This document shows positions 26,201 to 38,400 of a stretch of DNA of 64,000 nucleotides, piece by piece. The position numbers and the translations under genes are program-made. Each line of letters starts with the position of its first letter. The first letter of the stretch is position 1. The notes under the pieces are model-generated. The model saw nothing but the letters and a program-made list of their open reading frames with translations. It was not told where the DNA came from and ran no database searches. Origin of the DNA: Raillietiella orientalis (taxonomy: Eukaryota). The stretch is from positions 62,001 through 126,000 of the forward strand of contig JAYWIR010000086.1 in NCBI GenBank assembly GCA_036172245.1, in the 5' to 3' direction.

Positions 26201-27119
26201 CATCTGCAAATTTTCAAAGGTCCAAAGAACATTCCGAGCAAACTGCTGCAAATTTATATTATATTCTTTATGATAATTGACTTCACAATCCGAAATGCTT
26301 TCGATTCCATCAACTTCCTGGAGAAAAAGATGAACAAAGACAGTTTTGAAACATCAACAAACTAGTTACACTGCAAGATTCCTTTTCATCTGACATGGCT
26401 TCTTCTGATGCACTATACTGAAGAAATTTCATTTCCAGATTTTCAACTTTACTGATATCCTTACTGGAGATGGATGGTTTTGAAAACCACTTACTCTGGA
26501 ATGAATGTATAAAATAAGTTCAACAGAAGTTATGAATTACCTTTTTCTGAAGCAAACTGATGATATTATTCTGAGAAAACCACTCAGATTTGTAAGTTTG
26601 AAGCAAGTAATGATTAACGTCAAAGTTATCAACAAGCAAAGTATTTCCAATTCTGTGCACAATCATACTAATCTGCAATGTTCTTCATGAGTACTATTTC
26701 AACATTTAATAGGTTTTGTTCACAAATACCTGTTCATTATTGTATGGTATTTTCAGCAAACGTTTGACATTTTCTGCATCTGATATTACATCCACTTCAC
26801 CCACATATTCAGGGAATATAAAAGCCATTTCCCAACTGAAACACAATAACAGAAATGATATTAAAAAAATTTGGACCACGTACCTTGAAAACAAATTTTT
26901 CGCAGAGTTTTTACGTGCAAAATAACGTAGTTTTTCATTTATATCAACGGATATATTTGGAGGTGGAATGTTTAGATCTGTATGGAGTTTCAGTTCATAA
27001 AATCTTGTAGGCTTGACGGAATATTTGACAACCACACTTGAATTGTGGGGCTGAATCTCAGCTTGTTTTGGTTTGATTGCGGAATCGCTTTCTTCTGGTT
27101 TTTTTCTGTTATGCTCCAT
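23223..27119 (-). CDS. EDRF1: Erythroid differentiation-related factor 1 homolog, ~1062 aa, 16 exons
   Basis: Exons 27119-26884, 26835-26730, 26672-26541, 26495-26370, 26317-26136, 26083-25910, 25867-25782, 25736-25519, 25472-24731, 24692-24522, 24480-24269, 24216-24070, 24024-23867, 23820-23666, 23618-23408, 23355-23223 sum to 3189 nt in frame. Motifs VDVISDAENVKRLLKIPY, ISMIVHRIGNTLL, WTFENLQMLIGSNLPIFG, PISVLTGLDYWLDN, GHTYWLFK, DIVKLYDLTSLC, NPFTVPVAMLL. Confidence 0.93.
23280..23285 (+). terminator. Candidate FNTA polyadenylation signal inside the last EDRF1 coding exon
   Basis: First AATAAA after the FNTA stop (~65 nt downstream). Confidence 0.55.
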
Positions 27120-27899
27120 AATAATGGAAACCCCAATCAATCAAAACTCATCTGAAACATTTCTGCATTCGATGATGATGGTACTGATTCGGTTTGATAG
27201 GCGAACAGCTCCCTATTAAAATAAATAAATTAGCAGTTTCTCGTTTGTAGTAAAAGAGTTCGTTGATTCCAAGCAAACAACTACTGTGTTTCTGTTTTCT
27301 GAAAATCGAAACCGCCATTAAAATTCCCAAACTTTAACCTTGACGACTGTTCTGCCAAGGAGCTCATCCGGGCGCGCCCCACACACAAAACCACTTGCAT
27401 CAGCCACTTCGTCCAGCAAAAGCACCAGAAATTTCTTTCCTGCTGCACGGGGGAATGCGATTCCCTTTTCAGAAGTCAACTTCGGGGCGAGAGAACTCCG
27501 GAAGCTTGCACTTTGCCATTCATTTCACGTGGGCAAAGAAAGAAAAAACAAAACAAAACAAGAAGAACTGAGTGGCTACCGGGACTTTTTCAAAGGACCG
27601 GTATCCTCCGGGAAATTAGTCCCCCCCCCTCCCCCCCCTGGAGAAAAATGCAACACTGGCCTATCCGCCTGAACTCTTGTTACGCTGCTGGATCTTTTTC
27701 ACACGGCTTCTTTTCTAATGTTCATCACTCTCGAAACAGAAAGTGTGCTCGGTCCTCCCAACATCCGGTTGGGAGGACCGAGTCCGGGGAACATCCGGTC
27801 CTCCCGACCGGATGTTCCCCAATCCTGTTCTTTCCCCTGCTCCCCTCCTCTGGTCTTTCCTTTTTCGCCTTTCCCACGTTGTGGAGGCTTCCAAGTCTT

Positions 27900-28950
27900 C
27901 CGGGGTTTCCTACACCCTCACGTGGTTATCAAACGTACGGGAAAATACTTCTAAATCGATTGTAATACAATAAGGAAATCGGACGTTAACGAGGAACACA
28001 TCAGCCTCACTCAGCTGAAGGTGGTGAACCCCTCTTGCATGTGTGCAATGGAAGACGGTCTACATTACAACCAGGGGAAAGTGAGGTGGTGCTCCCAACT
28101 TTGGTGACATTTACGTGAAAGCAACGGAGTGAGAGGAAATGAGGAAGTTCTATGAATGATTGGCAGAAGATGGAAACCTGACGTGGTGAAGAATCATCGA
28201 GCTTCTGGAAAGTTTGCTCTGCACCCCCTCCCTACATTGGGCGATGCCTCTGCATCCCTCTTCGTATGTGGAAGATTCAAATCTAACTATGGAGAAAATG
28301 GGTGCAATATTTAACGATGCTTTTGGTTCCCGTTTTACCCTTGAGAATCCCTTTGAAAGTGTGGAGGGAGGAGATTCTTAACGAATGCCTATGAACAGCC
28401 TTGAAGATTAGTCCAAGTTGATTAAAAAAAAAAAACTGTTTCTAAGTGAGGCAGCGTGTTGGAGGAGTGATGTAGATCGCTTTATAAGCAGATTGTAGAA
28501 GAATGGACGTCACATGGCCATTGATGAGGCTCCCTTTGAAAGGAGGAGATACAATGGAGATTGTACACCAAGAAACAAATAATTATTGAACACACAGGTG
28601 GAATGCCATGAAACCATTATTAAACTAGCGATTTCTTTTTATGGAACGGATATTTGAAAGCATGGTCTGAATACATGGGATGAAATAATTTTAGCCTCCC
28701 TCAACTAAAAATACACAGTCGGGATCCAAACTTGATCTTTCAGCTGTATGACATATCCATTTCACCGGGAGATTCGACAGATGGCCTGGAGTTTATTTCA
28801 GATTGACTTGGAAGTGGCTTGGAGATCATCGTATTTTTATCAATAACATTACTCTCGTGGGTGAACGGAACCAAAGAAATCTGTTGTAGTTCAATCGCCG
28901 TTCACATTGAAGTACATAGATGATATCTGAGTCATAATAACTCCAGGATA
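27900..28950 (+). mobile_element. Heavily decayed non-LTR retrotransposon ORF2 fragment
   Basis: Ordered ghosts of APE/RT motifs: TLTWLSNVR..KIDC, MRLPLKGGD, FHREIRQ..SLFQIDLE, FINNITLVG (cf. FADDI); many stops. Confidence 0.35.
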
Positions 28951-29599
28951 TAGTTGATTTCCAAGTGACTATTGTCATGCAGTTACCATTTATAATAAAC
29001 TCCGATTGTTAGCTGCTCCATTTTTTTACATATAGCACTTTGCATTATTATTTCAAAGTTGAGTTGTTAGGATAGAGTGTGATGTGTATACTAGTGGGTC
29101 AAATATGCAAATTTAATGGATGGTATTTCAGCATTTTAGAAACTTTGGGTCAACAGTGTCTCCCAAATATGCAGGATTATTCGAAATCAGTTGATAAGGC
29201 GACTCAAACAGGTAGCACCATATCTATGCACCTTTGATTACTTTGAAATCCGAGAAAGTAGTGGAAAGTTAACCCAATTATTAGATCACACTCAGGGAAA
29301 TGCAATGAACTCCAACTTTATTATTAATTATTTTACAGATTCCTGTAAACATTGCAACACCTCAGCTGTAGATCTCATAATTTTCTTTACTCTCTGTAAA
29401 TTCAATCTAGGGCAGTGGGTCCATAAGTGAAACCCTATTTCTGCTCAGGAGTGGATTACGATAAAAGTGAATCGGTTTCTCTATCTATACTGTAAACAAA
29501 ATAACCATCCAACCCTTCATAGCTCATAATTTTGTAAACATTGGCCTCCTCAGCTGCCCTCCTTCCTACGAAAATCAAAGTTCACGTATTAAAAATATC

Positions 29600-32500
29600 T
29601 GTTCTTCCTTTTGAAAACAATCCCTAAAACAACAAATGGAAAACGAGAGGGTGCAGGCGAAGGATTTCTGCAACAGTTGCATTTTGAGCAGGCGAACACA
29701 ACTTCTGTGTCTTCCTTTCATATGAAGACATTCGAGGCAATGGCATTCCCCATCTGCCATTGCATACGGAAGTTTTAGCGCTCATTTCCAGAGTGCCGCA
29801 GAAGAATTACCAAATCAAAGGCAAGATGTTTAGCATGAAGAGCAATCCAAGTTCTGTTTATGGATAAGCTCACCATTTTTCCCTCACCCTGTGATGTTTT
29901 TGCAATACTTTTTACGTTCAACTGCTTTTTAACTTGTAGATACAAAAAGATCGATTTAGAAATAAAGCCCTCACCCTTGCAGTCTTCAGTGAAGATTCTT
30001 TCTTTCAAAAAAGATTTGATTTCTGCTTATAACAACGATGCAAAATATCGCTTTAGTATCTGAAACTGTTTTCATATATTCAGTAAATATTCTATGTGGA
30101 AATACTATATATTCACTGTACAAACATCGGTATTCATAATATCAGCTCTGTTTTCAGAAGTAATAGGCCCTCAAATTCTTTTGACTGACTATACAGAAGT
30201 TGGACAAATGGTTCAAAAGCTAATAACAGAAACAAGCAAGTTTGGCTTCTTGTTACTCTGATCTTCATGAAGAAATTTTTTTTTAAAAAAAGAGAAGGAA
30301 CTGAATCCTATTAAACGTTTCTTGAGTTCTTTTCTTACCAGTGATCATAAAGCTACCATGAAGGAAAGGTAAATGGACATTGGAATCTGATTAACATGAT
30401 ATTATTACATAGAGTCAGTTATACACTAGAGGTATCAAGAATACAACTCCTAATCTTTATTTTGTTTTCAGCTGATGGTCAAATAAATAGTCTCGATTAT
30501 TGTAGTTGTATGGTTTATTGAGATTCCACCTCGCTGAATGGTGCTCATATAAATAATTATTGAACTCTTTACTAAACTACTTTGAAAAGCTAAGTCATAG
30601 AGCTCAAGGATGTACTCCTTTATGTTCTAAACATTGATGAGAATTTATTGCCAACTAAATTGCATCATAAACTGAAATGAAATCGTGATAGTCAATGATA
30701 CACTGTGCACAAAAATTCAATATATAAGATATTGAACCCATAAGAAGTCCATGATCTTTACCACAGCTCCAACTAACATTTCGGAAGTAAGAAAAGTTTG
30801 TGACGTGATCGGTGATCTTTAAATCCTAGTTAATTGTAATGACTTGGAACAAAAGTAGAGAACAGAAGATAGGAGAAGGCTTATAGAGATAGCTGATAAT
30901 GTCGTGAACCTACGTAAAGATAACTGTTTCTCTATATAGCTTCCCGAAAATTTTGCAACCAAATACCTTTGGTCCTAATCCTTGGATCTTTTCTTGACTA
31001 TTTTTGCCATATCCCCAAGACATGGTGCACACGAACATTCCATTTCTCCGTATTGGAGGGAAAAAGCTGTCTAATAGTATGAACTGAAAGGCAAATGCTT
31101 AAAGCTGCTCACTTTCGTTGAAATGGCATTGTTCTTAGTTCTTCATGGAAAGTTCCTTCCGGAAAAGGAAAAGGTTTTTTGAAAAGTCACACCCAGGATT
31201 TGATGAGATGCTCTTAAAGGACACCGCCAATTTTAGCTGTGTTTTGAACGATCGTACACCTCCCTCCCTATTAAAGAAATATGCAAAGCCTGCTAACAAC
31301 ATATAAGAACTCCATTTTGCAACCCCCTTTCGTCTCCGTCTGTGACAGCAAATGCATTCAGAGTAGCTATTTGAAATAGCAACTCTGGATTGCGAAACGC
31401 CATTCTTCAGGTTCACAAGCTCACTTCGCAGACATATTGTGATGTACGATACTGTGGTTCTAAAATATTCGATTTCTCGAGCTTCTACAGTGAAGGAGCA
31501 CATTTCCACTGTTTCCATTCAGCTCAACTTCCGGGTATGGCTCCTTTTGGATGAAAACAAAAAAGGACTGACCACCACAAGACGGTTGTGACCCTCTTAA
31601 CAACCTGAGGAACTTCCATGACGAGAGTCCAAGCGGGGACGGCCCTTCGTTTAGAAGAATGTGTACGAACAAGTCGCGCTCGAAGATGAGCTGCAATGGC
31701 GATGTGTGTGAAACTTAAACACAATGAGCGACAGCTCTGCTCTTGTCCTGATCAAAACAAAGTCTCGTCTGGCGTGGGAAACGCTTGAAAAGGAATGAAG
31801 TGCAACATGGTTGCAAATGAGAGATGTCTGCTTCCTGGAATCTGCGATTTGACAAGGGAATTTCCTCTTTCTGTAGAATGGAAGCTCCCGATTCTGCTAT
31901 GCCTGTGTTTGAATTTGGAGGAAAAGTTGTGAACGGTAAGAAATTTGGGTGTTTGGGTTTCAAGGAGGAGGGACTTTCTTTCCGGGACGTGCTGCAGCCC
32001 TATGTGAAGCAAGTCTGAGCTAAGTTGCCTTATCAAGGGGGAGATCCTGCGCTCTGCTTGACGCCATCAGTTCGAGTGTCACCCCCAAACACTTGATTCC
32101 AGCCAGTCTACAGAGCGTGGTGACTTCACTTTGTTTCCAACTTTGGCAGTGCTGTTGTTGCCATGTTTACACATTGAAGTGATCGCTAAGGAGCTATTGG
32201 ATCAGGAAAGCAAAGATTGCAGAAATTTCTAGCTGCAGGCGGCAGCAATTTGTCAGAACTAACGATGGAGCGTTCATCGAGCCGAAGACTATTTCACGTG
32301 TTGATAATTTATAGTTTTTGCCTTCCTGTTTTCCTTGGAGCTTCCAGCATATAGAAAGCACAGTACATTGCCATGACTTTGAAGCAATGTGGCGGTAGAG
32401 GGAAAATGAGGAATCCTTTGCATTTTTTAAAGGAAGTTGAGTGTAGAAGACGAGGATCAAAGGATGAAAGCACGCTTGTGTTTTGTGTGTTGCCTCCGCT

Positions 32501-32650
32501 CTCTACAAATAAGCCGATATGCGAGGCAGCGTAAACCCTTGAATCGGTGTTCCATTGGAATATGCGGATGCTTTCCAAACGAAGTAATGAATACTGTCTA
32601 TGCAACCAAGGAAGATGGTACCTTGGCGAATGAGATCCAGGAATCACAAG
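29600..32650 (-). mobile_element. Decayed L1-like ORF2 (RT to C-terminal zinc finger), AT-rich copy
   Basis: In expected order on the minus strand: KASAYSNGTPIQGF (KAPGPDGIP), LPLKNAKD..YRHI (LIPK..YRPI), LKNGVSQ (RGVRQG), KQLSLRRFTTL..SLLLSSVLYFCS (thumb), TWIALHAK..DGECHCLEC..EDTEVVFAC (zinc finger). May be interrupted around 31.5-32.2 kb. Confidence 0.5.
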
Positions 32651-34069
32651 TCACAATTTCAAACGGCTTGAAACGTACTCCGCAGCAAATCGAGCTTGTT
32701 TCAAAGTTTCATGAACTTCTGTCAAATCAAAGTTGCTCTGGGACGTTTCGTGCAGATGACTCGGAATGCATCGCAAACCTCCTCCTCTGTAAGTAGATTC
32801 CATACTGAAGCTTGCCGACCACCCTCGATGATTGTGTATGGAAAATCATGAAACTCTTAATAGCAAGGCCAGTTGCTGCCAGACCATCAAACATCAATTC
32901 TATTCTTTCCTGCTTATGAAAAATTGTTTTAGTTGCGTAACGAAGGAAAACAGAGATGTTCAGAGGAGGAGCAAGCTAAAATGTCGTTTCCATTTACTCG
33001 CTAATTCTCGCGTTCAGTAAGAAAAAACACGAAAAATACTTTACAAGATACTAGAAGCTCGAAATAGATCTTCAAAGAGCTAGAAATAGTATGAGCAGCT
33101 GATTGCACGCTTTACAAGAAAACTTCATAGAGGAAAAATGCGCATCGAATCCCATTGGATTGCAGAGATCACAAGAAGATTGTAGGGAGGCTGCATGCGA
33201 AACATTCCGAAGAATACAGATGAAACGCATGTCCATTTTTTTACAGTAGTGTTTATTTAAATATTAATTCTTGCAAATTCTTGTTTTGCAAGAGGCAGAA
33301 CAAGGATGCAAAACGAGAAAATCCATCAATACAGATGGATTTTTTCAATTAATAGGTAGGAATCGACTTGAAAACTTCTGTTCGCTTTCGAATAGGAACA
33401 GGTTTCATCATATGAAACCGTTCCCTTGCCAAATAATGAATCGAAAGGAGAGGATGATACTCTTTAGGCCAATGAACGCCTATTTTAAAATCAGGGTAAC
33501 CCCATACCTTCGTACTTTGTGTACTTCATCCCTTCCGATGCAGAATCATGTGTGCCACAACTTTCCGACAAAACAGCGGGAGATTACGTAAGGAATACAG
33601 TCGGAGTTCATTCTTGGACTTTTCTCATCCCATCCTCATCCCATTTCAAGAATCGACTACATCGAATAGGTGGATGGTAAAATCACTTCTAGGACTGTCT
33701 TCGTTGCTGGTGTGAAAAACTTTTCCACGTGTTGCTTCTGCTCGAACCGTATGAGCAACGAAGTACTTGCATCCTTTTTGAAAACGAACCTGCTCGGCTT
33801 TTGCCTTGAACTGCATTCAAGGATGCTCTTTTTCCCCCTAATCCGACTTTTTCCGAGTTCGCTTCGAAAACACCGAGCTGTGAAAAAGACCGTACAAAAG
33901 AACGGTTTGTGCCCATACGGCTCCACAAACACCCGTGAATGTAACAGAAATGAATGTGCACACCACTTTCGACGGGTGGGAGGTCCGTAAAATGGAAAAA
34001 ACTGCAATTTTTAATCGACCGATGTGATTTTCCATTTTTCGTGAAAATGCAAATAAATATCAGCGCAAG

Positions 34070-34540
34070 AAGTGCGGAAGTTGGTTGACACCCTTATAGA
34101 GAGAGAGAGAGAGAGGAAGAGGGAAAAAAAAAAAAAAAGTTTCCCCACTGAATGCGAACGTTTGTACGGAAGAAAAGAAAAAAAGAAAAAATACCTTCCC
34201 TAAATGTGGTGTGGTTTACCGTGTCGGCTTTGAATTTGGAATTTCTTGTCTCAACTGAAAATAACCATTTGTCCCCGAAGAGTTTTAGTGTTTTGGTTTT
34301 TTTTTTTTTTTTTTCCCTTCCCCCCCGCCTTCCAAACTTATTTGCGAAAATAATGTTCAGAAAGTACATCAGTTTTGGTTTTCCGTTTTTTCCCTTTTTT
34401 TGTTTTTGTTTTCCACCGAAAAGGAGGAGGGGAGAGGGGAGGGGAGGGGAGGGGAGGAGCTTTTATTTTTCGAAATTGTAATCAAATGAAAAGCACATGT
34501 TAATCGTACAAATGCGGACCCAAAAACTTCTTTGTAGGTG
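34070..34540 (+). promoter_or_regulatory. Rab10 promoter / 5' leader region
   Basis: CpG-containing stretch, ETS-like CGGAAGT (34075-34081), (GA)n at ~34098-34115, five G4 runs at 34429-34454, acceptor-like tttgtAG at 34537. Confidence 0.45.
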
Positions 34541-34550
34541 ACATGACAAA

Positions 34551-35562
34551 ATGTCGAAAAAATCATACGATTTTCTCTTCAAGCTGTTGCTGATAGGGGA
34601 TTCGGGTGTAGGTAAAACCTGTGTTCTGTTCAGGTTTTCTGATGATGCCTTCAACACAACATTTATATCAACAATAGGTATGAAAAATTTTTGGTTTTGT
34701 TTTAAATCAAGTTTTAAATTTTTGTAGCATCACGTTTTTTTGAACTTTGAACTCACAGTTTCCCCTCTTTTGTTTTTTTAGGAATTGATTTCAAAATTAG
34801 AACGATTGAATTAAAAGGTAAAAAAATCAAGCTACAGATATGGTAAGCACTTCATGATGTAAAAGTATCAGTGTGAATCGAATCCGTAAAAAAATTTTCG
34901 ATTTGATTCCATCATTGTGTCAAATTTTCTTTCAAAGGGACACTGCTGGCCAGGAAAGATTTCATACCATAACCACTTCGTACTATCGTGGTGCAATGGG
35001 TATAATGTTGGTTTATGATATTACAAATCTCAAGTCATTTGAAAACATTGCAAAATGGCTGTCTAACATAGTTGAGGTATAGTTCATTTTGTGTACACAA
35101 ATGTTTGCTAGAAACTTATAATAAGCAGCTCCTGTTTGATAGTGATTGTATGATTTCCTTAATGTAAATTCAGAGTCAAATAAGTTGTGTTCATCATTTA
35201 GGTGCACAAATTTAGGTTGCATTAATTTTTAGCATGCCAATCAGGATGTTGAAAAAATGTTGCTTGGAAATAAGTGTGATATGGAGGATAAACGCTTAAT
35301 AAGTAGAGAAAGAGGGGAAGCTGTAAGTAAAAGTGCTTGTCTGTCCCATGATTTCAATGCCTCTCATCAGATTGCAAGAGAACATGGTATTAAGTTTCTT
35401 GAAACATCAGCAAAAGCTAACATTAACATTGAGCGAGCATTCATGGAATTAGCAGAAGCTATATTAAATAAAGTCTCCAGTCGTGATCCTGCTGAACAAG
35501 CTGTGAAAGTGCATATCAAACAAGATCATGGAAATTCTAATTGGTCTTCAAAGTGTTGTTAA
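34551..35562 (+). CDS. Rab10: Ras-related protein Rab-10, 202 aa, 5 exons
   Basis: Exons 34551-34677, 34782-34842, 34938-35076, 35233-35322, 35371-35562 (609 nt). [64 protein letters not shown] (Rab10-type FHTITTSY), [17 protein letters not shown]-terminal CC. Confidence 0.97.
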
Positions 35563-35898
35563 GTTTCATGCAGTGTTCTGTGGCTGCCTTGCAAGTCAGT
35601 GGTTCACTGTTCCTATCTACAGTGGCACATATACCCCTCCCCTTTGTCTCTCTATAGATGTTAAGTCCACTATTATTGTAGCTGTTCAACCTTTTCATTA
35701 TGTGCTTGTATTCACCGATGAAAAGTGCTCTAGTCACAGCTGCATAATCCTGTATTTTCTACATTCACATGCACCAGCTTGTGTCTAGTTAACTAGGATT
35801 CCAAATTATCTGCATACATTGAAGTATTTTTGTATGATTGACATCATAGCATTAATTTTAGGCAGATGACGAACTTTTCGGTTTTTTATGCAAGTGCT

Positions 35899-35904
35899 AA
35901 TAAA
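35899..35904 (+). terminator. Rab10 polyadenylation signal
   Basis: AATAAA ~340 nt after the stop, close to the AT-to-GC transition. Confidence 0.6.
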
Positions 35905-37949
35905 ATTTCACGATTATAGTCTTATTGGCCAGCAGTCTTTGAAAGAAACTCTAAACACAGAGATCCTCAGCTCCTCTTGCCAGCTTTCCTTCGGAGAAAA
36001 ACGTTTTTGTCTGCCATCTGCGCCAATGGTTTTTCAATAAAGTCGGTATGTACTTTTAGTAGCGCGTCTCCCCGTTTGATGTACAGCAACGCTGTGCGGA
36101 TGTTCCGCACTTCGTACGGAAGAAGCGGTGTACTCAAGGGGGAAACAAAAGACATTCTCAATGGGGCCGAGTTTTCGGGAGGAACGAGGCTTCGACGCTG
36201 TCCGCATTCTTTTCAAGACGAGTCAAACCAAAGGAGGAGGCTCCATCATGTCGCAGCCCCGGCCAGTTTTCGTGCTTTGCGAATACTTGTTGATCTTTCG
36301 TTGAAGAAATTTGCATTTCTTTTTCCTCTCCTTTTTTTTTAGCATTCTGATTTCGACGCGAACGCTATGACGATGTACGAAGCCCCACAGCTGGGGGGGG
36401 GGGGGCACGCGAGCAAGCGGAAGATCCAAAGGGTGAAAGGTTTCGTTGGGCGCGTGGTGGTCCCCTCCGAAATTCGTGTAACAAGTGGCGAGGCCGTGCG
36501 GCCAGTCGTGTGGGTTGATTTGATCTGGTAACATGTTGAGTTTGTTCCTGCCCCCCCCCCCTCCCCGTGCGCCCTGCAAGCTCAAATGCCCCAGGGTGCG
36601 GGCGTCTGAAGAGTGACTCTCCGTATTCCCTACTCTCCGCATTCGAAATGAACTTTGTCCTTTGCATCTCGCTTTTCCACTTTTCAAAGTTGTTCGCGAC
36701 GACGCGTGCTCTTCAGACTCTTTGCACACTGCACACAGTTGAAAGATAACAAGCCAGCAACTCTCCAAACCACGCGCAACGCAAAAGTTTATCAAGCTCT
36801 CCTCCGCCGGGGACTTTGCAGTCTCGGCTCCTCCCCGGAGAAGGCAGGGTGGACAGCAGCCGCGCTTTCCGGAAGAAGCCCTGCGGGCGCCGCTGCGAGA
36901 GTGGACGGGAACGGGCCTACCACGTGGTGGTTGGTCCAAAGCAAACCCGGTTCGAAGGAGGCACGGAAACGAGCGCGGGTGGGGAAAAGCGTCTCGACCG
37001 CTCCTAGGACGAGGAGGGCCCCCCAGGCGGATTCAAATCGGTCGCCGCCTGGGTTCGTTCGTGTTTTTTTTTTTGTCTGCTTGCTCCTGCGTCGGAATCG
37101 CGAAGCGGTTGAGCAAGGCGGGAGTGGGGCATCCGGGAAGATTCTCGCGCATCAAGTGGAAGATTGGGTTGCTGGGTGCAGCGTTGTACGGTGCTAGCGG
37201 CACGATTACTGACCGAACAGGAGGGAGCAAACAACGCGAACGATTTTTCAACACTCCCCTGGTGTTCCCTGTTTGGAAAGTGGATCCTAAAATGTTTATT
37301 AGTGTAATTAGGCGGCAACACACGCGCACCCTCTCAATGAATTTTCGTGCCCAAATTGAAATGCCCCCGTTCGTGACCGAGTCATTTCAACGATGAGTTT
37401 GCGACTCCCCCGCTTCGCTCTTTTGATCCAGATACATTTTTGCTCTTTAAAACTGTATATCAGGCGCGTGGTTCACAAGTGGTTTCCCCTGGCCGGCTAC
37501 GGTCGCCGCACCGTCCGTCTGTCGGAACCAACTGGTTGCCCGCTGTTGCGTTCAGCGTTCGTGTCTTCCCTTTCTTAGCACTCACTCACTGCCTTTGGAA
37601 AACTTGGGGGTGTTTCTTCAGTTAGAACGCACGTCCACGCCCTCAGTATCGAGAACATTTCCAGCGTCCTTCCTTTCAGGACAACAGCTGAGCGCCTCTG
37701 TCTTTGTTTTGTTTTTCTTTCCCTCGCCGGTGCAGGGTGGTGGAGCGGTTTGTTATGACACAGGGTTTACCCACCTTCCACGTACTCGAAAGACGATGAA
37801 AGACATGATGACGGTTCAGCCATCGGGCGGTCCAGACCTGGATTACACCGGCAGAGATTGCGTGATCATTAAACGCGGGGGAGAGGGGGAGTGTAGATCC
37901 TGGCCCATTTTTTAACACTACAATTGGTCTACCGATAAATCCTTGCGCT

Positions 37950-38400
37950 TGAAAGTCCTGAAGACAAAGCAGCTACGGCAAAACCACTTCTCAGATGGAC
38001 GAAGTTCCGGCATCGGACTTCAGCGAGGCACGAGAGCACCTGGGAAAACCATTCATCGGACTGCCCACCAGGTAAACAGATTCTTGCACGTGCAGTCGTC
38101 GTGGGCTGTTCTCCTTGGGGGCGGTTGGGTGCCACAAAAATCCTTCCTGGTCTGGAGTACTACCAACGACTGGGAATATTCAAGAAGGCAGAAGGGCGGA
38201 CGCGTATCAGCAACGGCATCGGACACCTTGGAGCGAGAAAAATGTCTAGAAAATAGGGAGGCCGACGAATACTTGTGTGCACCCGGCACACCTAGTCAAC
38301 CTCAGGAGGCCAATCGTGTCCGATGCTGCGGTGCAGGGATCATCCCGAAGGACGCTGCGTCCGGTGCTGGAGAAGCGCGGTCCGCCGTCACCGCCGACTG
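37950..38400 (+). mobile_element. Possible decayed LINE ORF1 zinc-knuckle fragment
   Basis: Across a frameshift: VRCCGAG/DHPEGRCVRCWRSAVRRH, resembling tandem CxxCx4Hx4C knuckles. Confidence 0.25.

Noticed and set aside
33657..34035. Small hydrophobic ORFs divergent from Rab10
   Set aside because: No recognisable family or consistent exon chain; likely promoter or TE-derived sequence.
34684..34695. Sm-site-like AATTTTTGG suggesting an SL RNA or snRNA
   Set aside because: Lies in a T-rich Rab10 intron with no flanking stem-loops visible; expected by chance.
21938..35562. Functional prenylation cluster of FNTA and Rab10
   Set aside because: Rab10 ends in CC and is a RabGGTase substrate; that enzyme does not use FNTA, so the proximity is likely incidental.
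12600..36000. Chimeric assembly or bacterial contamination explaining the GC jumps
   Set aside because: Both compartments have spliceosomal genes and L1-like relics, the GC side encodes an arthropod cuticle protein, and no bacterial-type genes are seen. Read support not checked.
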